In this document: positions 1 to 9,442 of the stretch, one piece after another
How positions within the stretch are numbered: position 1 is the stretch's first letter
Layout: the number at the start of each line of letters is the position of its first letter
Assembly (NCBI GenBank): GCA_964596125.1
Contig: CAZQRP010000007.1
Coordinates: 64,282-128,281 of the forward strand
Origin: an uncultured Dehalococcoidales bacterium
Lineage (GTDB): Bacteria; Chloroflexota; Dehalococcoidia; GIF9; UBA5629
Length of the DNA: 64,000 bases
Direction of reading: 5' to 3'
Program-made: the position numbers and the translations under genes
Notes under the pieces: model-generated
What the model saw: the letters and a program-made list of their open reading frames with translations, nothing else
Told to the model about the DNA's origin: nothing
The model's database searches: none

Positions 1-813
1 AAGAGCTACTACATGGGCCTGGTTGACGCTAATAATAAAATAAATTTTTATGACGGTGACATTCGCGTCGTTGATTCTGACGGCATGGAAGTAGCCAGGT
101 TTAAACCGGCTGATTACCTGGATTACATCGCCGAGCACATTGAGCCGTGGACGTATCTTAAGTTCCCCTTCTTGAAGAAAGTTGGTTGGAAAGGATTTGT
201 TGAGGGTAAAGAAAATGGAGTCTATCGTGTAGCGCCTCTAGCCAGGCTCAATGTCGCTGACGGGATGGCAACTCCGTTAGCAGAGGCTGAATATGAACGT
301 ATGTATCTGACTCTGGGCGGCAAGCCGGTGCATCATACACTGGCTATGCACTGGGCACGATTAATTGAGCTCCAATATGCTGCTGAAAAGCTGCTTGAAC
401 TATGCCAGGACACAGAAATCACGAACCCCAACATTCGTAATATACCGGTAGCAACCCCGGATGAAGGAATTGGCATTATAGAAGCACCGCGTGGCACGCT
501 TATCCATCATTATCAAACGGATGAATACGGTGTAGTTAATAAAGTAAACTTGATTGTGGCTACCGGTAACAATAACGCAGCCATGAGCATGTCCATGAAA
601 AAGGTTGCCGAAGCTATGATTCAGAAGGGCAAGGAAGCAAGCGAAGGTATCCTTAATATGATCGAAATGGCTTATCGGGCTTATGATCCGTGCATGGCCT
701 GCGCTACCCACACGCTGCCAGGACAAACACCCCTTGAGGTCGTTATATATGACAGCCAGGGAGAGATGGTGGAAAGGTTGAGCCAGCATCTGCATACGGG
801 ATCAGCATGTTGA
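1..813 (+). CDS. [NiFe]-hydrogenase large subunit, C-terminal part (5' end lies outside the window); cytoplasmic group-3-like
   Basis: The frame is open from nt 1. It has an EAPRGTLIHHY motif and the C-terminal Ni-binding motif DPCMACATH followed by a short extension. A maturation endopeptidase gene follows immediately. Confidence 0.85.
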   Translation, partial: KSYYMGLVDANNKINFYDGDIRVVDSDGMEVARFKPADYLDYIAEHIEPWTYLKFPFLKKVGWKGFVEGKENGVYRVAPLARLNVADGMATPLAEAEYERMYLTLGGKPVHHTLAMHWARLIELQYAAEKLLELCQDTEITNPNIRNIPVATPDEGIGIIEAPRGTLIHHYQTDEYGVVNKVNLIVATGNNNAAMSMSMKKVAEAMIQKGKEASEGILNMIEMAYRAYDPCMACATHTLPGQTPLEVVIYDSQGEMVERLSQHLHTGSAC

Positions 814-844
814 AAATAGATAAAAAGTCAGGAAGGGATGACAA

Positions 845-1339
845 ATGAAAACAGTTATCCTGGGGCTGGGTAATCCGATCCTCAGAGATGATAGTGCAGG
901 CATTCGAGTTGCCGACGAACTTAAACACGAGCTTGACCGACCAGAGGTAACAGTTATGGATACCAGTATGGGTGGTCTGGGCCTGCTGGAATTGTTAGTT
1001 GGGTACGATAGAGCCATTATCATTGACGCTATTCAGACCGTTGATGGAAGTGCAGGACAGATTTACCGGATCAGTCCGGAGGAACTTGATAACACCTTGC
1101 ATGCTGCCTCACCCCACGATGTCAACTTCGCTACTGCCCTTAAGATCGGTAATAAGGTAGGCCTTGCACTGCCCCATCAAATCACTATTTTTGCCATCGA
1201 AGTGGCAGATGCAAGCACCTTCAGCGAGGAATGTACGCCCGCGGTGGAACAGGCGATACCTACTGCTGTTCAAATGGTTATGAAAGAATTAGACTATACT
1301 AGTCAATCGGATGTCATATCTGGTAGAGGGATAGCATGA
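845..1339 (+). CDS. hydrogenase maturation endopeptidase (HyaD/HoxW/HycI family)
   Basis: 164 aa with the N-terminal VILGLGNPILRDDSAGIRVADEL motif typical of this protease family. It sits directly after a NiFe large subunit. Confidence 0.85.
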   Translation: MKTVILGLGNPILRDDSAGIRVADELKHELDRPEVTVMDTSMGGLGLLELLVGYDRAIIIDAIQTVDGSAGQIYRISPEELDNTLHAASPHDVNFATALKIGNKVGLALPHQITIFAIEVADASTFSEECTPAVEQAIPTAVQMVMKELDYTSQSDVISGRGIA

Positions 1340-1707
1340 AAAAACCGGTTCTGATAGTGGATGACGAGCCAATTGTACGGGAGTCAATCAGGGACTGGCT
1401 TAAAGATGCCGGTTACCAGGTGACAACGGCTGAGAGCGGCGAAGAAGCCATTGAATTGATCAAGAAGCGGGACTTCGGTGTTATGGTCCTGGACATTCGG
1501 TTGCCAGGAAAAACCGGAATCACAGTACTAAAGGAGGTAAAGGCACTGAAGCCGCAGATCAAATCTATTGTAATAACCGCCTATCCCACAGCAGAGCTGA
1601 CAGCCGAGGCGAAAAAGCTTGGTGCCGTTGATTATTTAATCAAGCCTATTGCGCCTGATGAACTGGAAAGGCTTATCAGGGAAACTCTTCTTAAATGTGA
1701 AAGCTAG
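1336..1707 (+). CDS. stand-alone response-regulator receiver (CheY-like) protein
   Basis: 123 aa with LIVDDEP...VLDIRLPG...ITAY...KP receiver signature residues. Its start overlaps the protease stop (ATGA). Confidence 0.85.
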   Translation: MKKPVLIVDDEPIVRESIRDWLKDAGYQVTTAESGEEAIELIKKRDFGVMVLDIRLPGKTGITVLKEVKALKPQIKSIVITAYPTAELTAEAKKLGAVDYLIKPIAPDELERLIRETLLKCES

Positions 1708-1726
1708 GAATAAGGAGGCTGTAGAG

Positions 1727-4054
1727 ATGCAACAGAACTCAGTACTGATAGTAGATGATGAACCGATTGTACGGGAGTCGATCAGGGACTGGCTTAAAGA
1801 TGCCGGTTACCAGGTGACAACGGCTGAGAGCGGCGAGGAAGCGCTGGAATTAATTGAGAAGCAGGACTTCGGTGTTATGGTCCTGGACATTCGGTTGCCA
1901 GGAAAAACCGGAATCATGGTGCTCAAAGAGGTCAAGGCACAGCGGCCGTGGATCAAGTCTATTATCATAACTGCGTATCCATCCTCAGAGACAACAAGTG
2001 AAGCAAAAAAGCTTGGTGCCATTGATTATCTGGTTAAGCCCATCATCCCTGATGACCTGGAGAGACTTATTCGGGAAATCCTTGATTCAGTCGGTCAAGA
2101 GCCAACGATCACAACCGAAGTAGAAATACGACCCAAGCCTCCGGCCATAGAGATAATTAAGGAAAAGAAATCATTTATCATTACAAAAGAAAACCTGAAA
2201 TCCATGTTGGAAAGTCTGGCTAAAGAGATGGAGGTAATCGGAGTCAAGTCCAGACATGGCAAATATGTTTATGATAGGATAGTTAGCTTCGATGAGCTCT
2301 GCCTTGATTACGATGTTACGGTTATGCCACCCACCAGATATTTCCTGCCGGCAAAGGAAACCCTGCTCAAGTTCAAGGTCGGTAACAATTCCAGGATCGA
2401 GCCAGTGAGTGTAGGCGTCCCCAGGGTCCTTGTTGGAGTACATCCTTACGATATCAAGGCTATTGAGTTACTTGACGAGGCATTTTTGGCTGCGAATCCC
2501 GACCCCAATTACATTGCCAGGCGGCAAAACACTATCATAATTGGAGTCGATTGCCTTAATCCGTCTCCAAAATCCTTTTCCCCCAGTATGGGGACACATA
2601 TGACCGAAACTGGCTTCGACCTGCTGCTGACGGATATCGGTACCGGTTACATGGTAACCGTAGGTCCAGAAAAGGGCGCTGACATCCTGGCAAACCATGC
2701 CCAGGTAAGGGAACCCACCGGTGATGAAATAGCCAAACAGAAGTCAGTGAGAGATGAAGTATTGGCCAAGTATAAGCTCTCCCTTGATGTTCTCAGGGAA
2801 AGGCTGCCAAAATTGCTTGAAGAGAGCTATGACGATCCGTATTGGGAATCCAGGAGCGAAACCTGCCTTAGCTGTGGCTCCTGCGTTATGGTATGCCCCA
2901 CCTGTTTTTGCTTTGACGTCAAAGACGAAGTATCGTTAAACCTCAGTGAAGGGGAGCGCATCCGCCAGCTAGATGGATGTATGCTGGTTGATTTTGCCAA
3001 GGTAGCCACCGGTGAAAATTTCAGGCATGACAAAGCCAGCCGCTTACGGCATCGAATGTTCCGCAAAGGAAAATACATTATTGAGAGATACGGCAGGGTT
3101 GGCTGCGTCGGCTGTGGAAGGTGCGCTATTGCCTGCCTGGCTGATATTGCCAGCCCGCTGGAGGCTTTCAATGCCCTGGCGGAATCAGCCCAGATTAAAC
3201 AGGAGGCGATACGCATCCTCAGGGAATCCATGGTAGAAACTGAACTGTATGCGCCTCGACCTGCCGAATTAGTAAAGATTGCCGAACTGACGCCACGAGA
3301 GAAGATGTTCGAGTTACGATTGAATGACGGGAAAGCCCTGGGACACCGGCCAGGCCAATTTGTTGAGGTCTCTGTCATGGGTGTTGGAGAGGCACCAATT
3401 TCTATATCATCATCGCCCACCAAGGGTGGGAATTTCCAGTTGTCTGTAAGAAACGTCGGCGATGTGACCAACGCCTTGCATAATCTGGAAAAGGGAGCCA
3501 GCCTTGGCATCCGCGGTCCCTTCGGCAACGGCTTCCCACTGCAGACACTTGAAGGCAAGGACATTCTGCTGATAGCCGGAGGTATCGGACTCTTCCCTCT
3601 GCGCTCCCTGATACAATATATCCTGGACCGCAGGAGTGATTTCGGCTACGTGACCCTGCTCTTCGGAGCCAGATCACCAGCGGAGCGGTTATTCCTTGAT
3701 GAACTCGACTCCTGGAGACAGAGCCAAGAGATTGAGTTTCACGAGACGGTGGATAAGGGAGACGAGACCTGGAAAGGGAATGTGGGCGTTATCACCACAC
3801 TGATCCCCAAAGTCGACATCAATGTCAGTAAAACCATGGCAGTGGTAGTAGGCCCTCCAATAATGTACCGCTTTGTTATCGGCGAACTGAAGAAAAAAGA
3901 CCTTGCCGACGAGAATATCGTCCTCTCACTGGAAAGACGAATGAAGTGCGGCGTGGGTAAGTGCGGGCACTGCCAGATTAATGGTATCTACGTATGCCAG
4001 GAAGGCCCCGTATTTACTCTTGCCCAACTGAGAAATCTGAGGGAGGCAGTATAA
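1727..4054 (+). CDS. fusion protein: receiver domain + 4Fe-4S hydrogenase beta subunit (HydB-like) + FAD/NAD(P)/2Fe-2S gamma subunit (HydG-like)
   Basis: ATG at 1727 is preceded by AGGAGG (1713-1718). An N-terminal REC domain is followed by the ferredoxin motifs CLSCGSCVMVCPTCFC and CVGCGRCAIAC. The rest is a PyrK/AsrB-like module (RPGQFVEV, IAGGIGLFPLRS) ending in CGVGKCGHCQ. The reading frame is one uninterrupted 776 codons. Confidence 0.8.
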   Translation: MQQNSVLIVDDEPIVRESIRDWLKDAGYQVTTAESGEEALELIEKQDFGVMVLDIRLPGKTGIMVLKEVKAQRPWIKSIIITAYPSSETTSEAKKLGAIDYLVKPIIPDDLERLIREILDSVGQEPTITTEVEIRPKPPAIEIIKEKKSFIITKENLKSMLESLAKEMEVIGVKSRHGKYVYDRIVSFDELCLDYDVTVMPPTRYFLPAKETLLKFKVGNNSRIEPVSVGVPRVLVGVHPYDIKAIELLDEAFLAANPDPNYIARRQNTIIIGVDCLNPSPKSFSPSMGTHMTETGFDLLLTDIGTGYMVTVGPEKGADILANHAQVREPTGDEIAKQKSVRDEVLAKYKLSLDVLRERLPKLLEESYDDPYWESRSETCLSCGSCVMVCPTCFCFDVKDEVSLNLSEGERIRQLDGCMLVDFAKVATGENFRHDKASRLRHRMFRKGKYIIERYGRVGCVGCGRCAIACLADIASPLEAFNALAESAQIKQEAIRILRESMVETELYAPRPAELVKIAELTPREKMFELRLNDGKALGHRPGQFVEVSVMGVGEAPISISSSPTKGGNFQLSVRNVGDVTNALHNLEKGASLGIRGPFGNGFPLQTLEGKDILLIAGGIGLFPLRSLIQYILDRRSDFGYVTLLFGARSPAERLFLDELDSWRQSQEIEFHETVDKGDETWKGNVGVITTLIPKVDINVSKTMAVVVGPPIMYRFVIGELKKKDLADENIVLSLERRMKCGVGKCGHCQINGIYVCQEGPVFTLAQLRNLREAV

Positions 4055-4794
4055 TGAAACCTAAAGTAGCATTCTTTGATTTTACCAGTTGCGAAGGATG
4101 TCAGCTAGACGCACTCAATATTGATGGGGAAGAGCTTCTTGATTTGCTAAATGCAGTGGACATCGTGAATTTCAGGGAGGTCAAAACAGAGCGGGAAGAT
4201 AACTACGACATTGCCTTTATTGAGGGGAGTATAAGCAGAGAGGCTGAAATAACCCGGCTGCAAAAAATACGCGACCAGGCAAAGGTTGTTATTGCACTGG
4301 GCGCCTGTGCCTGCATCGGCGGAGTCAACTGCTTGAAGAATCACGTCCCGATGGATGAGGCCCTACGGATAGTCTACGGCGAGGATGCCCAATACTATGA
4401 TACTATTCCTGCCCGCCCGGTTGATGCGGTTGTTCCCGTAGACTACTATGTGCGAGGCTGTCCTCCAAACACAACCGAGTTACTCAAAGTAATCAAGGCA
4501 CTATTGCTGGGTAAGAAACCCGATATACCCAACTATCCTGTCTGCGTTGAATGCAAGATGGCTGGCAATGTCTGCGTTTTTGAAAGGGGCATGACATGTC
4601 TCGGTCCAGTTGCCAGAGCCGGTTGTAATGCCATATGTGTCACCAGTGGGCGGTACTGTTGGGGCTGTCGTGGCCTGGTTGACGATCCAAACATTGACTC
4701 AGAAAAGGACATACTCCAGAAATATGGACTCACTGTAGAACAGGTGGTAGAGAAGTTCAAGATATATAACACGTACGTGGAGGTAGCCAAATGA
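4054..4794 (+). CDS. [NiFe]-hydrogenase small (delta) subunit, group-3 type
   Basis: MKPKVAFFDFTSCEGCQL N-terminus, GACACIGG and further Cys clusters. ATG 4054 overlaps the upstream TAA by 1 nt. Confidence 0.85.
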   Translation: MKPKVAFFDFTSCEGCQLDALNIDGEELLDLLNAVDIVNFREVKTEREDNYDIAFIEGSISREAEITRLQKIRDQAKVVIALGACACIGGVNCLKNHVPMDEALRIVYGEDAQYYDTIPARPVDAVVPVDYYVRGCPPNTTELLKVIKALLLGKKPDIPNYPVCVECKMAGNVCVFERGMTCLGPVARAGCNAICVTSGRYCWGCRGLVDDPNIDSEKDILQKYGLTVEQVVEKFKIYNTYVEVAK

Positions 4795-6077
4795 CACAGG
4801 TTAATATCAATGTTCATCAAGTGACCCGTGTGGAGGGGCATGGCAATATTGTGCTCAACGCTAGAAATGGCAGAATCGAGGAACTGAGATGGGAGGTCCC
4901 GGAATCACCCCGTCTATTTGAGGTCATGTTACGTGGCAGGTATTATGAGGATGTTCCTCATATAGCTTCCCGAATCTGTGGCATTTGCTCTATTTCCCAT
5001 TCTACGGCATCGATACAGGCAACCGAAGCTGCTTTTGGCATCCAACCATCTGCACAGACACTTCTCTTGCGCAAACTGCTATATAATGCCGAAATGCTGG
5101 AGAGTCATGTACTGCACATTCTGTTCCTTGCCGCTCCGGATTTCTTGGGAGTAGGAAGTGTCTTTCCTTTAATAGAAACGCATAGAGATGTAGTGCTCAT
5201 GGCACTGCGGCTAAAAAAGCTGGCTTACAACCTTGCGGAGCTTCTTGCAGGCAGAAAAACCCATCCTCTCTCCTGCCTGGTAGGAGGGTTTGCCAGGCTG
5301 CCTGCACTCGGTGACCTCAAAGCCATCAGGGCCAGACTTGAAGAGGCTCTGGTCGATTTTAATACGACGATAGAACTAATGAAAACATTGAGCATTCCAG
5401 ATTTTATCCGGGAGACAGAGTATATTGCCCTTAAAGACCCGAACGAGTATGCTTTTATTAGTGGCCGGATAGCTTCAACAGACACTGACATCACTCCTTT
5501 AGAAAGATATCGCGAGGTAACCAATGAGTTCTGTGTTCCCCACTCCACAGCCAAGTACACCAGGAATAAGCGTGATTCCTACATGGTGGGATCGCTGGCC
5601 CGCTTTAATCTGAATTATGACCAACTACTGCCCGGAGCCAAAAAAGCAGCCACTGAACTTGGCTTGAGTGCTCCCTGTCACAATCCGTTTATGATAACCG
5701 TAGCTCAACTCGTTGAAGCTGTCCACGCCGCAGAGGATAGCATTACTATTATCGACCAGATACTGGCCAGAGGACTGGAGGATGAAGACCATAGAGTTAA
5801 GGTCCGGACAGGGAGGGGTATCGGTGCAGTAGAAGCCCCAAGGGGCATACTATTTCATGATTATACCTATAATGATGAAGGGATATTAACCGAGGCAAAC
5901 TGCATTATTCCCACCAATCAGAACCACAACAATATTCAAAAGGATATGGAAGCTCTGGTGCCTTCGATACTTGACAAGCCTAAGGATGAGATCAGACACA
6001 TGCTCGAAATGCTGGTGAGAAGCTACGATCCCTGTATTTCCTGCTCGACACACCTGTTAAAGGTATCCTTCAAATAG
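4791..6077 (+). CDS. [NiFe]-hydrogenase large (alpha) subunit, group-3b-like
   Basis: N-terminal RICGICSISH and C-terminal DPCISCSTH Ni-binding motifs, and EAPRGILFHDY. ATGA overlap with the small subunit. Gene order beta-gamma-delta-alpha matches sulfhydrogenase operons. Confidence 0.9.
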   Translation: MTQVNINVHQVTRVEGHGNIVLNARNGRIEELRWEVPESPRLFEVMLRGRYYEDVPHIASRICGICSISHSTASIQATEAAFGIQPSAQTLLLRKLLYNAEMLESHVLHILFLAAPDFLGVGSVFPLIETHRDVVLMALRLKKLAYNLAELLAGRKTHPLSCLVGGFARLPALGDLKAIRARLEEALVDFNTTIELMKTLSIPDFIRETEYIALKDPNEYAFISGRIASTDTDITPLERYREVTNEFCVPHSTAKYTRNKRDSYMVGSLARFNLNYDQLLPGAKKAATELGLSAPCHNPFMITVAQLVEAVHAAEDSITIIDQILARGLEDEDHRVKVRTGRGIGAVEAPRGILFHDYTYNDEGILTEANCIIPTNQNHNNIQKDMEALVPSILDKPKDEIRHMLEMLVRSYDPCISCSTHLLKVSFK

Positions 6078-6175
6078 GTGAGTAACGCATCGAATGGCAG
6101 TTATATCTCAGTAGCTTTGGCTGTAGCTTTCTTTTACCAGCAATTAAAAGTTATTTTCCGGTTTAATAAACCGGA

Positions 6176-7369
6176 CTAGTCCTTATCGCTCTTGTTAGCA
6201 GGCAGATATACAGTAAAAGTGCTCCCCTTCCCGACCTCGCTCTGGACTTCAATTTTACCGCCATGGCGCTCAATGATTCCATAGGATACAGCGAGTCCCA
6301 GTCCTATCCCCTTTCCCTGTTCTTTAGTGGTGAAAAATGGGGTAAAGAGTTTTTCCATATTCACAGCAGCTATGCCATATCCAGCATCCTGAACGCTTAC
6401 AGTTACATTGTTGTCCTCGTTAAACGAGGTCCGGATAGTCAGCTTACCGCCATCCGGCATTGATTGGATGGCATTGATCACCAGATTGATAAAGACCTGT
6501 TGAAGTTGCCCGAAATCGGCCATAATTGATGGCAGCGACGACGTCTCCTCTCTTTTTACTTCAACTCCGTTCATTTCAGCCTGGTGGCCAGTCAAAGATA
6601 GTACCTGCTCAATGACGTTACTAATCGCTACTGGCTGTAATACCGGCTCTGACTGGCGGGCAAAATCAAGAAGGCCACGTATTATATTCGAACAGTGACT
6701 AACCGCCGACTCAATCTTTGAAAGACTGGTTAATGCTTCTTCTCTATCGAAGGATTCGTTGCCTATCTTCTTTGATAGCAACTTGCTATAGACCAGGACT
6801 CCTGCCAGAGGATTGTTTATTTCATGAGCTATAGAGGCAGATAGCTGGCCCAGGGCATTCAGTTTCTCCGCATGGATGAGTTGTCGTTGAGTGCTTTCCA
6901 GACGCTCAATGTAACTATTCAGTTCTTCATTCAGAGACACTATTTCATTGTAGGCCTCGAGTTGCCCTTCCAGGTAGTTCAATAAGGTAGCGCCCAGACC
7001 GCTTACCAAGAAAGCGAAGAGAGCAAATAAAAGCGACCTGATCAACGAATAAAGATCATAAGAAAAAAGCAGGGCATTAGGTAATAAAATAATGAGAAAA
7101 ACCAGCCCGCTGGCTATAACTCCACGCAATCGATAGACAATAGCGGCATAAATCAAGGGATAAAAAAATAGAATCACATATACATCATGAAACTCGGTTA
7201 AAACGCCATAGTAAATATAGCCGAATGCCACCATAAGACCTGAGATCACCCAGAAATGAGCACTCCGTAGACCAGCCGTTGCTTTAGCCCGAACCAGCAG
7301 CTCAATAATCCTCAGCCGGGGACTTCCCTTCCTCTCCCCTGAATATTCTATACGTGCAATTTCGGTCAT
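6176..7369 (-). CDS. membrane sensor histidine kinase
   Basis: Multi-TM N-terminus, coiled-coil linker, H-box SIAHEINNPL, N-box LVINAIQSM, G-boxes DAGYGI and GKGIGLGLAVS. Confidence 0.9.
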   Translation of the reverse strand: MTEIARIEYSGERKGSPRLRIIELLVRAKATAGLRSAHFWVISGLMVAFGYIYYGVLTEFHDVYVILFFYPLIYAAIVYRLRGVIASGLVFLIILLPNALLFSYDLYSLIRSLLFALFAFLVSGLGATLLNYLEGQLEAYNEIVSLNEELNSYIERLESTQRQLIHAEKLNALGQLSASIAHEINNPLAGVLVYSKLLSKKIGNESFDREEALTSLSKIESAVSHCSNIIRGLLDFARQSEPVLQPVAISNVIEQVLSLTGHQAEMNGVEVKREETSSLPSIMADFGQLQQVFINLVINAIQSMPDGGKLTIRTSFNEDNNVTVSVQDAGYGIAAVNMEKLFTPFFTTKEQGKGIGLGLAVSYGIIERHGGKIEVQSEVGKGSTFTVYLPANKSDKD

Positions 7370-7937
7370 TATGTATTGTATCTCCCATTCTATTACATTA
7401 GCCTTTGTTCAAACCTCAGGAGTTATAGCTCACCTCCCTATACTTTTATGCAGGTTCTGGCACCTTATTCCGTTTTTTTTCCTGCCCATATTATACCCTT
7501 TTTAGATACGCTCTCTCATTTTTTTAATACAGGCTTATAGACATCTTGATATTTGCTGCTTGCTTTAGACCATATAAAACGCTGCTTCAAGGAATGAGCA
7601 TGCGAGTAACTACATTCAGGTCTCGTACCTGGTCCATAATCCGACAAGTACCTTCATTTATTACAACACGGCCTCCGGCGATGAGAATTTTAATCTCGCA
7701 TAATAGATCCACACTATGCTTATCCTCCGTTACCGTACACTCTTCAGTTTAAGTTAATACTATAAATTCAATAGGTATAATTACCTACCCCTAAGAAATT
7801 AGTTATAGGCGTAAACCTCTACATTATTCTGGTGTTAAAGTAAGTATCGCTGCCGATGTCAAGGGTAATAGCGCAGTGATAAACTTGAAAATAGATAAGG
7901 AGGAGGATGACCAAGGATAAGAAAGGAGGTGAGAACA

Positions 7938-8120
7938 ATGCAGTGGGAGTTAATTGTAGCACTAGTAATAGCAATACCTGTAATACTCTTCCCTGCAGCG
8001 TTCGTCTGGTTCCTGAACATCGGCGGCATATATGCAGCCATAACAGAAGCCAGGGCAAGGCGCGCTGCTCAGGAGAAAGAGGGTAAGGCAGCAGCTAAAG
8101 TTGAGGTCGAAGCAAGTTAG
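7938..8120 (+). CDS. small membrane protein (one TM helix plus Ala/Lys/Glu-rich tail)
   Basis: ATG 7938 has GGAGG at 7925-7929. The translation is MQWELIVALVIAIPVILFPAAFVWFLNIGGIY followed by a charged tail. I recognise no family. Confidence 0.5.
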   Translation: MQWELIVALVIAIPVILFPAAFVWFLNIGGIYAAITEARARRAAQEKEGKAAAKVEVEAS

Positions 8121-8145
8121 GGCATTATTTCTAAGGGGATTGGAG

Positions 8146-8952
8146 ATGGCTTCAAAGAAGAGAATCATTATAAATCATAACAAGACAGGGCAGGATGAAA
8201 TGAACAAGGTGACCTTAGGACATAAAATCCAAAATGCTATACTTGGAATCAGATATTCATACAGATTATTCATCCTACCCGTACTTCTGGTGTTTTGTAC
8301 ATTGTTTTACTATTTTGGAGAACTGGTGGACTGGGCTGCCTGGACTGCATTACGAAGGGAGTTCTTCTACGGTGTGCATGATATACATCGCCTCTTGTTT
8401 CTGATTCCAATAATCTATGCTGGTTATGTGGGCAGGGTCAAAGGGGCAATTATTATAACGCTGGTGGCATTCATTATCTTTCTGCCCCGTGCTTTTTTCA
8501 TATCTCCTTTCCCTGATCCGTTACTGAGAATGATCCTTTTCACCATTATCGCCGGTGTTATAGGTTCACTTACCGGAGTAATACGCAATAAATCTGATAG
8601 GGCCGGACAACTTGAGTCAATGATAAGAGACGATAGGGATATATTGTTGAGAATTATAGATAGCATGGCAGACGGACTTCTTATTATCAGCCCAGACTAT
8701 AAGATACGGTTTACGAATTCAATCATGTTGAAGGAATTTGGTGATGGGATCGGATCCTTTTGCTATAAATATTTACATAACCTTGACGCCCCATGCGAGC
8801 AAGGCTGTATGATGCAAGACATCATAGCTAAAAAGCAAATGAGAAAATGGAAATATAAGTTTCAAGATAAAACGTATGACATATTTGCGGCACCATACAT
8901 TGACGACGATGGAGTGGTTTGCCAGCTACTTATATTCAGGAACATCATATAG
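8146..8952 (+). CDS. membrane protein with C-terminal PAS-like domain and no kinase domain
   Basis: The TM region resembles the N-terminus of the kinase at 6176-7369 (IPIIYAGYVGRVKG vs YPLIYAAIVYRLRG). The C-terminus LLRIIDSMADGLLIISPDYKIRFTN looks PAS-like and is Cys-rich. The start is uncertain (8101, 8146 or 8200). Confidence 0.6.
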   Translation: MASKKRIIINHNKTGQDEMNKVTLGHKIQNAILGIRYSYRLFILPVLLVFCTLFYYFGELVDWAAWTALRREFFYGVHDIHRLLFLIPIIYAGYVGRVKGAIIITLVAFIIFLPRAFFISPFPDPLLRMILFTIIAGVIGSLTGVIRNKSDRAGQLESMIRDDRDILLRIIDSMADGLLIISPDYKIRFTNSIMLKEFGDGIGSFCYKYLHNLDAPCEQGCMMQDIIAKKQMRKWKYKFQDKTYDIFAAPYIDDDGVVCQLLIFRNII

Positions 8953-9070
8953 TTCCTAAATGTTAAACCGAAACCTGCCAAAATTAGAAGCGTCCGTTTA
9001 TGAAGTTTCTTTGACTCTTGATATATAATATGAGCTTAAAAACACGGTAAAAATGTGGTGGAGTTAGTTC

Positions 9071-9322
9071 ATGAATCCCGAATGGATTATTAGAATCGTC
9101 CTGTTGGGTATAGCTCACTGGATATTGGCCGGGATTTTATTACATGATTTAGCATACAGGGATAAAGTATTCGGGGGTCATAAGGCACCATGGGCAATAA
9201 TCATAATGCTGATCCTTTGCCTGGGCTCACTATTATACCTGCTGTTTCATCCTCAAATTGTAATTCCAGATTATGAGCACAAGAATCGCAGCACAGGGAA
9301 ACGTGATAAAAAAAATGGCTAA
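9071..9322 (+). CDS. small two-TM membrane protein (possibly PLD-N-terminal-like)
   Basis: 83 aa with two hydrophobic helices and a WAIIIMLILCLGSLLYLLFHP segment. Family assignment is weak. Confidence 0.45.
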   Translation: MNPEWIIRIVLLGIAHWILAGILLHDLAYRDKVFGGHKAPWAIIIMLILCLGSLLYLLFHPQIVIPDYEHKNRSTGKRDKKNG

Positions 9323-9442
9323 ATACCATTCCAATATGGATTTGAAGTCGAGTGTATCAGGCTGGATATGCTACCTGAAACTTCAACACTGATTTCTTTA
9401 AAATGCACACTCAATCAGCGCCGATCCGGGACTGTCGCTTGA

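Noticed and set aside
2827-3564. A 245-aa antisense ORF within the hydrogenase beta-gamma fusion gene.
   Set aside because: It is fully contained antisense in a gene with clear cofactor motifs. Its translation is low-complexity and Ser/Arg/Pro-rich.
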